From: a virus
Taxonomy: Duplodnaviria > Caudoviricetes
Direction: 5' to 3' (one strand)
Length of the DNA stretch: 64,000 nt
IMG/VR virus record: IMGVR_UViG_3300027715_000011
Location: 1 to 64,000 of that record
The notes below the pieces were generated by a model that saw only the letters and a program-made list of their open reading frames with translations, was not told the DNA's origin and did no database searches. Within the stretch, counting starts at the first letter, position 1. Each line of letters starts with the position of its first letter. Below, one piece after another: positions 1 through 9,913 of the stretch. A program made the position numbers and the translations under genes.

Positions 1-2
1 AA

Positions 3-2087
3 CTCTCGAACGGTGCATTAGGGTGGCAGTCAACCGGCACCGGATCGGTGACCGGTCCTGCGGTAAGTGGTATAAACCATATAGCGGTATATGCAGATGT
101 ATCAGGGTTGATCTTAAAAGATGGTGGATCACTTGGTAACTCGGCATTTCTTGATATCGGCACTTCAACCGGCACCGTAGCTACCGGAGATCATACTCAT
201 GACGCTCTTCATACCCATTCCAACAGCACGGTGCTTGGTAACTTTGGAGAGACTGACGGGAATCTCACATACCGGGGACTTCAGATAACCGGTGTATCAG
301 GGGATGTAACACTTCAGAACCCTGCAGGTGTATCAGGGGATATCCAGATCAATGATAACGGGCTATGGGGAGCAGTAACACCAAAGACCGGGTTTAACAA
401 GGCGGTAGGTACTACATCTGGCACCATTGCAGCCGGTGATGATTACCGGTTCCATACCCATAAAAACTCAACTGTTATAGGCGCTCTAACCGATGTGAAC
501 GGGTATCTTGCATACAACGGATCGGCTCTTATCAACTTTGACTCTGCTGGAGACGTGTCAGGACCTGGAGGTGTGACATCACCCGGGCACTTTGCAATAT
601 GGACAGATGAGACCGGGAAGAAGATACATGACGGCGGTCTCCCTGGTGAAGGTGCGTTCAGGAACATTGGCACGGTTGCGAACTCACTCTGTGCCGGTGA
701 TGACAGCAGGTTATCTGATGCACGTACCCCAAAGATGCACGGGGATGAGTGTCACTCTAAAAACTACCTTGATGTATCAGATGTTACATTTGATAACCTC
801 AATGCAAATAATGCGGTCGGTGACCGGTCAAACCAGGTAGCATTTGGTAACCACACTCACTCATTACTGCACGGTCACTCCAACTGGAACACGATAAATG
901 CTATTCCGGTAATGACCACCGCGGTATCAGGTCAGGTGCTGGCATACAACGGTTCCACATTGGAATGGAAGGACCTGTCAGGTACATCAGGCGACGTACA
1001 TGGCCCTGACTCAGTAACTGTCAATGCCGTAGCACTCTTCTCTGATGATGGCGGGAAGCATCTTAAGTCAGGCGGGCTGCTTGGAAGTGCAGCATGGAGA
1101 GATGTGGGATCTGGTGGGAATCAGGTAGCTGCCGGGAATCATGATCATAACGGCGTATACGAACCGAAGTTCACCCATAACGATGCGTTCAACCTGGATT
1201 TTGGTACCGTAGCAGGTACTGTCTGTGAAGGGAATGATTCACGCATTCATGTTCATGAGAATGCTGCTGCATTAGCAGGTCTCACTGATGTTGCCGGGAA
1301 CATTGCATATAACGGTGTATTACTCCAGCAGGTGGGTCAGGGCACTGGAGATGTGATAGGACCAGCAGGATCCACACTGAATCATGTTGCCCTGTATGCA
1401 GACTCTACAGGAAAGGCATTAAAAGATGGCGGTACATTAGGTCAGGCAGCGTGGATGAGCGTAGGGACTACATCAGACTCTGTCTGTGTTGGAAATGATT
1501 ACCGGCTCTCTAATGCGAGAACACCGGTGAAGCATGACAACTCCTATCACTCTGTTGAGTATGCAACCAGATCAGAGATTAACTGGTATTATCTCAATGA
1601 GAACGGATCGGTAGGGACCGGAGAACATCAGGTAGCAGTAGGGAACCATACCCATGCATCACCCATCCCTGCTACCAGCTCAAACACAATCGGTATGGTG
1701 CTTGGATGCACATCATCTGATCAGATCGGGTGGATGGACACCGGTACAATAGGGAACGTTATCGGTGCTGCATCATCAGTGACCGGTGCTATGGTACTGT
1801 TTGCCAATGACAGCGGAAAGGTACTGAAGCAGGGAGGTATCCCGGGTGAGGCAGCATATCGTAATATTGGCTCTACATCAGGTACCGTCTGCGCTGGTGA
1901 CGATGTGCGCCTGTCTGATGCACGTACCCCATTAGCTCACACTCATGCGATAGCCACACCATCTTCAACCGGGTTTATACCAAAACTTGTGAATACAACC
2001 GGGAAGTTCCTGGATAGTTTTGGGAACTGGTCATATCCGACTGTTGGTAGTGTGGACATCATTGACGGGGGAGAGATCACCTTGTGA
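3..2087 (+). CDS. Tail-fibre/virion appendage-like repeat protein; 5' end lies outside the window
   Basis: The frame is open from base 3 (LSNGALGWQSTGTGSVTGP). Gly/Thr/His-rich mosaic of recurring units: GDV.GP......AL..D..GK.LK.GG, GT..GTVC.G.D.RLS.ARTP and VA.GNH.H, typical of tailed-virus fibres. Confidence 0.7.
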   Translation, partial: LSNGALGWQSTGTGSVTGPAVSGINHIAVYADVSGLILKDGGSLGNSAFLDIGTSTGTVATGDHTHDALHTHSNSTVLGNFGETDGNLTYRGLQITGVSGDVTLQNPAGVSGDIQINDNGLWGAVTPKTGFNKAVGTTSGTIAAGDDYRFHTHKNSTVIGALTDVNGYLAYNGSALINFDSAGDVSGPGGVTSPGHFAIWTDETGKKIHDGGLPGEGAFRNIGTVANSLCAGDDSRLSDARTPKMHGDECHSKNYLDVSDVTFDNLNANNAVGDRSNQVAFGNHTHSLLHGHSNWNTINAIPVMTTAVSGQVLAYNGSTLEWKDLSGTSGDVHGPDSVTVNAVALFSDDGGKHLKSGGLLGSAAWRDVGSGGNQVAAGNHDHNGVYEPKFTHNDAFNLDFGTVAGTVCEGNDSRIHVHENAAALAGLTDVAGNIAYNGVLLQQVGQGTGDVIGPAGSTLNHVALYADSTGKALKDGGTLGQAAWMSVGTTSDSVCVGNDYRLSNARTPVKHDNSYHSVEYATRSEINWYYLNENGSVGTGEHQVAVGNHTHASPIPATSSNTIGMVLGCTSSDQIGWMDTGTIGNVIGAASSVTGAMVLFANDSGKVLKQGGIPGEAAYRNIGSTSGTVCAGDDVRLSDARTPLAHTHAIATPSSTGFIPKLVNTTGKFLDSFGNWSYPTVGSVDIIDGGEITL

Positions 2088-2126
2088 TCACCCTCTTTAT
2101 AGATGCACAAACTACATTGATCATCT

Positions 2127-2510
2127 ATGCACTGGTCTGATGAACAACTGAATATGATTGATACATATCAATCACTTGAAGATATTCCTGAAAACGAGCG
2201 AGAATACATCTGTTTTGCATGTAAGGTATCAATTGCACATGAGCATCTTGTTGATGGGTGCTGCCCGGTATGTCATACAAAAGATTCGTTACATCAGCGA
2301 TGCCCGCTTGATACCGATATTGACTGTGGAAAGGTACATGCTACCGGGTTTGAAACATGCCCGATATGTGGGGAGATCATCTGTCCTGAATGCGGAAACC
2401 ATCAGGTTGATGCATATGCTCGTATTACCGGATACTTATCAAACCTGAAAGAATGGAATCAGGGGAAAGTATCAGAACTTGCAGATCGTCATCGTTATAA
2501 CATAGCATAA
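2127..2510 (+). CDS. nrdD: Stand-alone C-terminal glycyl-radical/Zn-ribbon part of class III ribonucleotide reductase
   Basis: Several CxxC pairs, then YARITGYL..WNQGK..E..DR, the NrdD glycyl-radical motif. Confidence 0.85.
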   Translation: MHWSDEQLNMIDTYQSLEDIPENEREYICFACKVSIAHEHLVDGCCPVCHTKDSLHQRCPLDTDIDCGKVHATGFETCPICGEIICPECGNHQVDAYARITGYLSNLKEWNQGKVSELADRHRYNIA

Positions 2511-2524
2511 TCAGAGATATATAC

Positions 2525-2752
2525 ATGGAAATTGTTGTATATACTCTACCTATTTGTCCTAACTGCGATAAGTTTAAGCAGTCACTCAATGATCACGCTA
2601 TACCATATACTACTCGTGATCTTGAGGATGATGATGTGAGGATGGAACTTCTTATGGAGTCTGTTACGTTAGTTGAGGCTCCGATCATCTGTATTGATGG
2701 TACATATATGAATAAGGTTGATGCTGAGAAGATGCTCTATGGTTCGAGTTAG
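2525..2752 (+). CDS. nrdH: Glutaredoxin-like NrdH redoxin
   Basis: VVYTLPICPNC (CxxC) and EAPIICIDG; lies between the two nrdD parts. Confidence 0.85.
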   Translation: MEIVVYTLPICPNCDKFKQSLNDHAIPYTTRDLEDDDVRMELLMESVTLVEAPIICIDGTYMNKVDAEKMLYGSS

Positions 2753-4769
2753 AAAAGATGATGGATCGATCGAACAGTTTGACCAGGTAAAGGTCATTGA
2801 GTCGATCAGGAAAGAGACCGGATGCACAGGAAAAGTTATTGATGAGATCGTTGATGAAGTTCATTCTATATTACAAGTTATTAAGATCAACCCGGTAAAC
2901 GGACCATTGATCAGGGAGTTCATCAATACAAAATTTCTTGAACGGGGGATGGATGAATGCAGAAGGAAGTATACCAGGGTCGGTATGCCAGTATATGATG
3001 CTAGACAGACTGATCTTGGAAAGGGAAAGGGTGATAATGCAAATCTAGGTGGCTCTCCTGAAACAGTACATAAGCGAAAAGCCGATCAGCTGAGTAAAGA
3101 GCAGGCTCTTTTAATGCTTCCTGAATATATTGCAGAAGCACATCTCAATGGAGATATTCATATTCATGATATGGAATATGTATCATGCCGAAGATTCTGT
3201 GCAGATTATGATCTGAGATTTGTATTATATTATGGGTTTGTTGGTGATGGATTAGGAGAGCATACATCTACAGCAGGTCCTGCTATGAGGGCAGATGTAG
3301 CAATTCTTCATGCTGTAAAAACATTATGTTCAGGACAGACTATGAAATCTGGCGGGCAGGGTTTTTATAACTTCCTTACGTTTATTGCTCCATATTTCAA
3401 AGACTATACATATAAAGATATTAAGCAGTGTATGCAGTGCTTTATTTATGAAATGAGTCAGAATCTCGTTGCAAGAGGTTCTCAAGTATGTTTCAGTTCT
3501 GTGCAGTTATCACCGTCTGTTCCTAAAATGTGGAGAGATAAACCAGCAGTTTTCAAAGGAAGAATAGGTCCTGAAAACTATGGTGATTTTGAACGTGAGA
3601 ATAGGCTATTATTTAAAGCTTTTATGGAAGTTATGCAAGAAGGTGACTATGTAGGTAAACCATTTTCATTCCCAAAACCTGAGATAGCATTAGAGCCTGA
3701 ATATATGGATACAATGGAGTATGAGGACACTTATGGCGTTGTAGATGAGTATCCAACTATTCGTGAACTTTATTTAGATGCGTTTAAACTTGCTGCAAAA
3801 TACGGCACCCCATATTTTGATAATATGATTCCACCGTATAGGGGAGCAGGAAATGGGATTAGTTGTTTCCAATGTTGTTCCTTCTCCTTCTCAAGCGGCC
3901 CTGAAGGAGATCCAGATTTTAACAATAAATTATACTTTAAAGATGGAAAACACTTCACTATGGGATCAAATCAAGTAATAACATTAAACATACCACGTTA
4001 TGCTTATGATGCCAAGGGAGATTATTCAGTACTTATTGAAGCATGTAAAAAGAATATTGATCTAGCTATTGATATCTTTAAACTGAAACTTCAGTGGATT
4101 CATGAGTGTGAACTTCAGAAGATGTATCCATTCTCTATGCAACGACAAAAGGATTATAATACAGGGAAGACATCTCCACCATTACTTGACTATAATGACT
4201 ATGCAAATACCATAGGTATTGTAGGTATCAACGAAGTATGCGAGATCATGCTTGGTAATCCGATATACGCAGATAAAGAATCTCACATGTTTGCACTCAG
4301 ACTCTGCAATGATCTTAATAAATATTGTAGAGAGAAAGCGAAAGAGTATAATATGAAATTAGCCCTATCTCGTACACCGGCAGAGACCACTGCACAGCGG
4401 TTTGCAGTACTTGACCTGCTAAACTACGGGAACGCCCATAAGCACGTTAAAGGTAATGTGAAAGAGGCCATACGGAAGTATGCCGAGACTGGAGCACGTG
4501 ACTTGCCCATCTATTATACCAACGGTACTCACTGCCCGGTAGATGCGGACATTCCACTGTCTGAAAAGATACGTATTGAGCAGGCATTCTTCCCTATCCT
4601 GGATGGCGGAAATATCTGCAACATCTATCTAGGAGAGAAATACCCTGATCCAGAAGGCCTTATGGACTTTACATTAAAGATCTGTAAGAACACTAATCTG
4701 GGGTACTTTGCATTCTCCCGGGATCTCACCGTCTGCCACCCTGAAATAGCCAGATATCAACCCGAGTAA
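2739..4769 (+). CDS. nrdD: Anaerobic (class III) ribonucleotide reductase, large N-terminal part with ATP cone and no glycyl-radical domain
   Basis: ATP cone VRKDDGSIEQFD, GDIHIHD, TPAETTAQRFA, YYTNGTH, GGNICNIYLGE. The protein ends at FSRDLTVCHPEIARYQPE without RITGY. Confidence 0.9.
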   Translation: MVRVRKDDGSIEQFDQVKVIESIRKETGCTGKVIDEIVDEVHSILQVIKINPVNGPLIREFINTKFLERGMDECRRKYTRVGMPVYDARQTDLGKGKGDNANLGGSPETVHKRKADQLSKEQALLMLPEYIAEAHLNGDIHIHDMEYVSCRRFCADYDLRFVLYYGFVGDGLGEHTSTAGPAMRADVAILHAVKTLCSGQTMKSGGQGFYNFLTFIAPYFKDYTYKDIKQCMQCFIYEMSQNLVARGSQVCFSSVQLSPSVPKMWRDKPAVFKGRIGPENYGDFERENRLLFKAFMEVMQEGDYVGKPFSFPKPEIALEPEYMDTMEYEDTYGVVDEYPTIRELYLDAFKLAAKYGTPYFDNMIPPYRGAGNGISCFQCCSFSFSSGPEGDPDFNNKLYFKDGKHFTMGSNQVITLNIPRYAYDAKGDYSVLIEACKKNIDLAIDIFKLKLQWIHECELQKMYPFSMQRQKDYNTGKTSPPLLDYNDYANTIGIVGINEVCEIMLGNPIYADKESHMFALRLCNDLNKYCREKAKEYNMKLALSRTPAETTAQRFAVLDLLNYGNAHKHVKGNVKEAIRKYAETGARDLPIYYTNGTHCPVDADIPLSEKIRIEQAFFPILDGGNICNIYLGEKYPDPEGLMDFTLKICKNTNLGYFAFSRDLTVCHPEIARYQPE

Positions 4770-4803
4770 TCTTTATCATTCTTCTTTTTGATACATACTG
4801 TAC

Positions 4804-4995
4804 ATGACAGAATCCATTGTAGAGTATATGCAGATGTCAACCGAGAAGATGCTTGATCTCGATGAGCGTGTTGCTATATTAGAAGGAGCATCATTCATTA
4901 ATAATGAACCTGATAAACGAGTTTCGCCATTAACAATCCTGAATATTGTGCTTGATATGGCGTTAATCGCTCTGATTATAAAATTGTATATGTAG
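4804..4995 (+). CDS. Small hypothetical protein with C-terminal hydrophobic helix
   Basis: 63-aa ORF ending ILNIVLDMALIALIIKLYM. Confidence 0.55.
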   Translation: MTESIVEYMQMSTEKMLDLDERVAILEGASFINNEPDKRVSPLTILNIVLDMALIALIIKLYM

Positions 4996-5029
4996 ACACA
5001 TATTTATATTTCTCACGTCAATTATTACA

Positions 5030-5290
5030 GGCACATATAGTGTGCTGTACTCTACACATCAACCCTCATGGAATATGGCGATCTCCATGTTGTAACCTGT
5101 TGATCAGTCTGATTGAACACGGTCATGATATCCCGGTGGGATCATCTAAAACCCCAGTAATGATGATATGATCAATAGGATGCCCGTGGGCAGCTGATTC
5201 ACGTTAATATAGGGCTCGATCAGCCTGGTGGCCAACTCTAGGGCTGACGTAGTTAGTTGGCGTAAAGGGACTGAAACAGGATCCCTTTCC
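5030..5290 (+). ncRNA. Candidate structured RNA or long leader with an H-type pseudoknot
   Basis: TATA-like TTTATA at 5003-5008. Helices 5031-35/5041-45, 5067-72/5084-89, 5096-5106/5169-79 (with G-U), 5185-89/5199-5203, 5193-98/5219-24 (crossing), 5231-36/5256-61 and 5264-70/5282-88. No ORF of 60 aa or more. Confidence 0.55.
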
Positions 5291-5301
5291 GTTAAGTCTA
5301 A

Positions 5302-5661
5302 ATGACTATACGTTCTATTCTTCTTATGCTTATTCGTGTTATTGATTATACCGACGATGAGTATGCATTTGAATATTACCCTGAATTATGGAATAAGATC
5401 AGAGGACCATTAGCTGACGGACATCAGGTAGTATTTGATTTTGTAGGTATAGAACGGGTAGGATCTGATTTTCTCCGTATAATAACAAAACCACTTATGT
5501 TTCTCTCATTTGAAGAGTATAGCAATCAAGTACGGTTTAAAAGAATGGGACATGATATTATTAATCGTGTTATTTGTAGTAGAATTAAAGATGCGCTTGA
5601 ACTAGAGAATTCCATCACCCGCAATCTCACATATACCAAACACATACTATCTTATTACTAA
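5302..5661 (+). CDS. STAS-like (DUF4325-type) protein
   Basis: VVFDFVGIERVGSDFL resembles the V.LDF.GV....SSF signature. Confidence 0.5.
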   Translation: MTIRSILLMLIRVIDYTDDEYAFEYYPELWNKIRGPLADGHQVVFDFVGIERVGSDFLRIITKPLMFLSFEEYSNQVRFKRMGHDIINRVICSRIKDALELENSITRNLTYTKHILSYY

Positions 5662-5723
5662 TAAGATCCAACTCTTTTATCGCAATTATGGTCAGTTGCA
5701 TTCCTCAATGCAACAGGTGAAAT

Positions 5724-8126
5724 ATGGAAGATATATGGGTTTTGGAAGGTATCGGCGCTGAAGTCGATCATGACTATAACACGATCATCAAACTGTATAG
5801 CAGAAACTACTATGACCGGTTTGAGACGACTATTCACACTATTAAGAACTATAAACCATACTTTTACATCCCTGCTCATCAGAAACTCCACGCAAAACTA
5901 TTCCCTGAAACGGTGCGTGTTGAAGAGTATGTATATAAAGATGCTATCGGTAGGGAAGTGCGTAAATGTTTTGTAAAGAACCATTATGCCATTAAAAAAC
6001 TGGCAAAAGAGTTTGAGTTCACCTGTATGTCAGATTACCCTATTGACAGGTTTTATCTGACAGATATCAAACTCAAGTATGCGTATACGGTGGATAAAAC
6101 AGGGAAGATCATCCCGAAAGAGGTCAAACATATCCTCTCTCCAAGGGTATTGATGTTTGATATCGAGATCAGATCATCTGACAGGAAACATGTCCCGATG
6201 CCTGATAACCCGATATGGCCGATTGTCTCTGTCCAGATCAAGGACTCATATACCGGTACCGTAAAGGTGTTCACCCATATGGTTCCTCAGCTTCATGATC
6301 CCGAACATGTAGCCTGTGCATCTGAACAGGATCTGTATATCAGGATGATGAACTACATCGAAGAGATGAACCCTGATCTCCTCACCGGGTGGAATACTGG
6401 TGGTTATGATATTCCATATATTTTAGAGAGAGGTAAACAGATTAATATTAATACTTCTCTACTTGGCAGGTATGGTAATACCAGAACATGGTATAATCCA
6501 GATAGTAGACAGTGGCTCAATACTATTCCCGGGCGATCAACACTTGATACCATGCTTGCGTTCAAGAAGTTCACCGCTGGCCAGGCCATGAGAGAATCAT
6601 ACTCATTGAAGGCTATCATCTCTGATAAGGATCTCCTGAAGGATGATGCGTTTGAGTATACCGACTTTGGTCCTATGATCGATGAACTCTTTGAGCAGCA
6701 GAGATGGGAGGAGTTTATCCAGTACTGTAAGTACGATGTTATTGCATTGGATAATATCAACAAGCATCTGGGTCTTATCGACTTTTATGAGAACCTTCGG
6801 CTTGTTACCGGGTGTAAACTGGATGATGTGTTATACAACTCAAAGATCATCGAGATGTTCCTCCTTCATGAAGGGATGAAACCGTTACCGGCAAGAGCAG
6901 CGTATGGAGATGATGAGTCATTTCAGGGCGCTATTGTGGTTGATCCTGTTATCGGGCTCCATGACTGGGTAGGTACATTTGATCTCGCGTCATTATATCC
7001 TAATATCATCTGCGGGTTTAATTTAAGTCCTGATATTGACTTTCTCATTCCAAAGACGTTAAAAAAGACGATGGATCTGCGAGAGGAGATGCGTGCTCTC
7101 CGTAAGAAAGAGCCTGACAACAAGACCGTTGCAAACATGGAGCTCTGTTATAAGTTTCTTAATAACTCGTTCTACGGCGTTATGGGTTTGAAGACGTTCA
7201 GGCTATATAACAAGGATATCGCGTCTACTGTCACCAGGTATGGTAGGGAATTGAATGAGTTTCTACAGGCCTGTGCTAGAAAGAAAGGATATACGGTCGT
7301 GGCGGGCGACACGGATAGTGTGTTTATACGAACTTTAGAAAACGTAACACAGGGTATTACGATGCAAGACTTTCTTAATGACTCTCTTGCTGACTGGTCA
7401 TTTGACCACGGCTCACGTGTTCCGTTTAACTTAAAGTTTGAGAAACTGTACAAGAAACTCCTCATTAAAAAGAAGAAGATGTACTGTGGGCACCTGATAT
7501 GGGAGGAAGGACAGGATCTGTCAGACAAAGAGGAACTTAACTATAAAGGGATCGAACTGAAACGGTCTGATCAGTGTAGAGCGACCAGAGAGACCCTGTA
7601 CAACTTCCTGAAGATCATTCTGGTCAAGGACGATCTCCAGGGAGCGATAAAATACGTGAAGGAGGTATATACGAAAGTCCTTACCGGAAAGATAGACATC
7701 CATGAGGTGGCTATACCAAAGTCTGTCAGATCGGTAAAGGAGAATACTCCATGGGCTCGCGGTATACAGAACACTCAGGCATACCTGGATTACAATCTCC
7801 CAGACGGCCAGAAGCCACGTCTCATTTACATTAAACCTGGAATACCACGGTTAGCCCTTGTTGAACGTGATATATATGACGAGAACGGGTATCTCAAGCG
7901 TGACAGTAACGGTCGTCCGGTTACTGAGATGGTAGAAGAGACGATCGTCATGACCGAGTTCTGTATTGATGAGGAGGTTGACGTCAGTAAGATCATCAAT
8001 CTTATCGACTGGGATCTCACTGCCAAGAAGACGATAGAGATGAAGATGTCTGGATACTTTGAGGTACTTGATATGGACTTTATGAACTGTATGAACGGTC
8101 AGCAGACTATAGATATGTGGTTTTAG
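5724..8126 (+). CDS. polB: Family B DNA polymerase
   Basis: ExoI FDIEI, ExoII GWNTGGYD, ExoIII YCKYDV, motif A DLASLYPNI, motif B K...NSFYG, motif C GDTDS. Confidence 0.97.
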   Translation: MEDIWVLEGIGAEVDHDYNTIIKLYSRNYYDRFETTIHTIKNYKPYFYIPAHQKLHAKLFPETVRVEEYVYKDAIGREVRKCFVKNHYAIKKLAKEFEFTCMSDYPIDRFYLTDIKLKYAYTVDKTGKIIPKEVKHILSPRVLMFDIEIRSSDRKHVPMPDNPIWPIVSVQIKDSYTGTVKVFTHMVPQLHDPEHVACASEQDLYIRMMNYIEEMNPDLLTGWNTGGYDIPYILERGKQININTSLLGRYGNTRTWYNPDSRQWLNTIPGRSTLDTMLAFKKFTAGQAMRESYSLKAIISDKDLLKDDAFEYTDFGPMIDELFEQQRWEEFIQYCKYDVIALDNINKHLGLIDFYENLRLVTGCKLDDVLYNSKIIEMFLLHEGMKPLPARAAYGDDESFQGAIVVDPVIGLHDWVGTFDLASLYPNIICGFNLSPDIDFLIPKTLKKTMDLREEMRALRKKEPDNKTVANMELCYKFLNNSFYGVMGLKTFRLYNKDIASTVTRYGRELNEFLQACARKKGYTVVAGDTDSVFIRTLENVTQGITMQDFLNDSLADWSFDHGSRVPFNLKFEKLYKKLLIKKKKMYCGHLIWEEGQDLSDKEELNYKGIELKRSDQCRATRETLYNFLKIILVKDDLQGAIKYVKEVYTKVLTGKIDIHEVAIPKSVRSVKENTPWARGIQNTQAYLDYNLPDGQKPRLIYIKPGIPRLALVERDIYDENGYLKRDSNGRPVTEMVEETIVMTEFCIDEEVDVSKIINLIDWDLTAKKTIEMKMSGYFEVLDMDFMNCMNGQQTIDMWF

Positions 8127-8400
8127 AACCACCCGCTGCAGCGGTTACGGGCGTTTCCATACCTTCAGTATTTATAGATCAAACAATCTTTTTTGTTATG
8201 GAAACGGAACATGTTCCATAATTAATTTGTTAAAATAGCGTTAAATACTCGTAATACATACCATAATATACGGTATAATAACAGGGAGTGACCCCTACAC
8301 CCAATCAAAGTTTATGGGTCACTCACAGAAAAGATACACTACAATATTGTCTTTTCTGAGATATAAAGGTTGCTTTCTGTGTTATATCTGGAGTAATATA

Positions 8401-9186
8401 ATGGAAGTTAAACCTGTCAAGAACGAGATTAATAATAAAACCTACTACTGGTTTTCAGATGGATTTGAAGAGTATATCCCAGTTGCATGTCTTGCAGAAG
8501 TATTTGATTTGCATGTAGATAATGCACATAAAATTGTTCAGCGTAACTATGAATTATTCGATGGATTTAGGGTAAATATTAAAAAAGATGATGTAAAATC
8601 GATACCAGACATGATGCAATTTGCCGGTAAATTAAGGACTATTTCATGTCTCACTCTTGCTGGTGCATTTCAATTTATTTCACTCCTTGATTATAAGAGA
8701 TATGATGAAGAGCGTAGAGAATTCATAATTAAACAGCGAAAGTGGATTGTTGATACTGGTGCTAATGTAATCAAACAGCAGAAGCATATCAGTGTCCCAC
8801 TCTGTGATACATGGGAGAAGCAACGCGGAGTATCGATAGAGTGTACGAAATCTCTAAACTCCACATTAAAGGAGGTTCTCACTCCGGTGTATGATCCAAA
8901 ACCAGTACCACAAAAAGAGTATATTGATGAAGCCATTATGCTCAATATCAAAACTACCGGCAAACATGAGAAGGGCATACGAAAAAGCATGTCATTTGAA
9001 GAGCAGTATATGATATCGGGAATGACCATTGTTGATATGACAACCCTTGAGATGGGCGTCACTGTCAGGGAAGATCGTGAAGAGATTCTTGATAGGATGA
9101 AGAAGCGGTTTGTATTGCCTGATGGAACCGGTAAGAAGTATCTTCCTAAAAATAAGCAGGCCACAACACTTGATAAATGGTTTTAA
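8401..9186 (+). CDS. KilA-N/Bro-N-like DNA-binding (antirepressor-type) protein
   Basis: N-terminal pattern IPVACLAEVF....NAHKIVQRN...CLTLAG..FI....RKW; ATG at 8401 preferred. Confidence 0.5.
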   Translation: MEVKPVKNEINNKTYYWFSDGFEEYIPVACLAEVFDLHVDNAHKIVQRNYELFDGFRVNIKKDDVKSIPDMMQFAGKLRTISCLTLAGAFQFISLLDYKRYDEERREFIIKQRKWIVDTGANVIKQQKHISVPLCDTWEKQRGVSIECTKSLNSTLKEVLTPVYDPKPVPQKEYIDEAIMLNIKTTGKHEKGIRKSMSFEEQYMISGMTIVDMTTLEMGVTVREDREEILDRMKKRFVLPDGTGKKYLPKNKQATTLDKWF

Positions 9187-9251
9187 GGCAGTAATAACGT
9201 CAGATGCCATAATGCAAAATCTATATCTATTTTTAATACAAACTATACTCA

Positions 9252-9584
9252 ATGCATACCATATACACCCGAGAGAATGAACTCCTCACTAAGTACAATA
9301 TGACAGAGGAGACCATCAATACCCTTGCAAACGCACTCAATGACCCGTCTCTTGTTGATGATCTGAAGAAGATCACTGCTGAATATAACCGCGGTACCAA
9401 ATCGATCTCTATCCCGATTGAAGAGGTGGAGCATTTCATGTCAGACCTGATCATCACCGCAAACCGATGGAGAGAACTGAGTGATAACGGTGAACAGGTA
9501 ACTATCTACCATGTGGTGCAAAACGTTATGAGCATCATAGGTCTGTTCGATGCCTGTATATACAAACAGTACATCGATCAGTAA
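9252..9584 (+). CDS. Hypothetical protein
   Basis: 110-aa ORF co-directional with its neighbours. Confidence 0.6.
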   Translation: MHTIYTRENELLTKYNMTEETINTLANALNDPSLVDDLKKITAEYNRGTKSISIPIEEVEHFMSDLIITANRWRELSDNGEQVTIYHVVQNVMSIIGLFDACIYKQYIDQ

Positions 9585-9618
9585 CTCTTTTATATGGAGT
9601 ATCGACAATACTCCTGTT

Positions 9619-9888
9619 ATGCTTAATTATGACGTAAATTACCATTTATCATGCTCTAATAATATCGTCACCGATGATGGATGGGATGTTGACATGTATG
9701 AACTCTCAAAACCTCATACATCTGCACTGAAGAAGTTCTGTAAAGAGAACCATATCAGATATTCTGCAGAACCGTTACCAAATAAGATCAATCCAGATGG
9801 CCCGGCCACCGATGTATATATGATCGGAATGAGTCTGCGTGACAAGAATAAGCTCATGAAGTTTATTGAAGATACAATTAATATTTAA
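9619..9888 (+). CDS. Hypothetical protein
   Basis: ORF with ATG at 9619 after a T-rich spacer. Confidence 0.5.
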   Translation: MLNYDVNYHLSCSNNIVTDDGWDVDMYELSKPHTSALKKFCKENHIRYSAEPLPNKINPDGPATDVYMIGMSLRDKNKLMKFIEDTINI

Positions 9889-9913
9889 ATACTCTTTTCT
9901 CTTTTTATATTGT

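Noticed and set aside
5185-5270. Resemblance to a pistol ribozyme (CGTGG stem, loop pseudoknot, TTAATATAG linker) and to the CPEB3/HDV loop word TTCACGT
   Set aside because: No P2 partner after the putative GU cleavage site and no GCG junction for pistol; too few nucleotides for the HDV double pseudoknot. Kept only as a generic structured RNA.
5724-8126. Intein in PolB or RNR
   Set aside because: Lengths are normal, no C...HN/C splice motifs, and catalytic motifs are contiguous.
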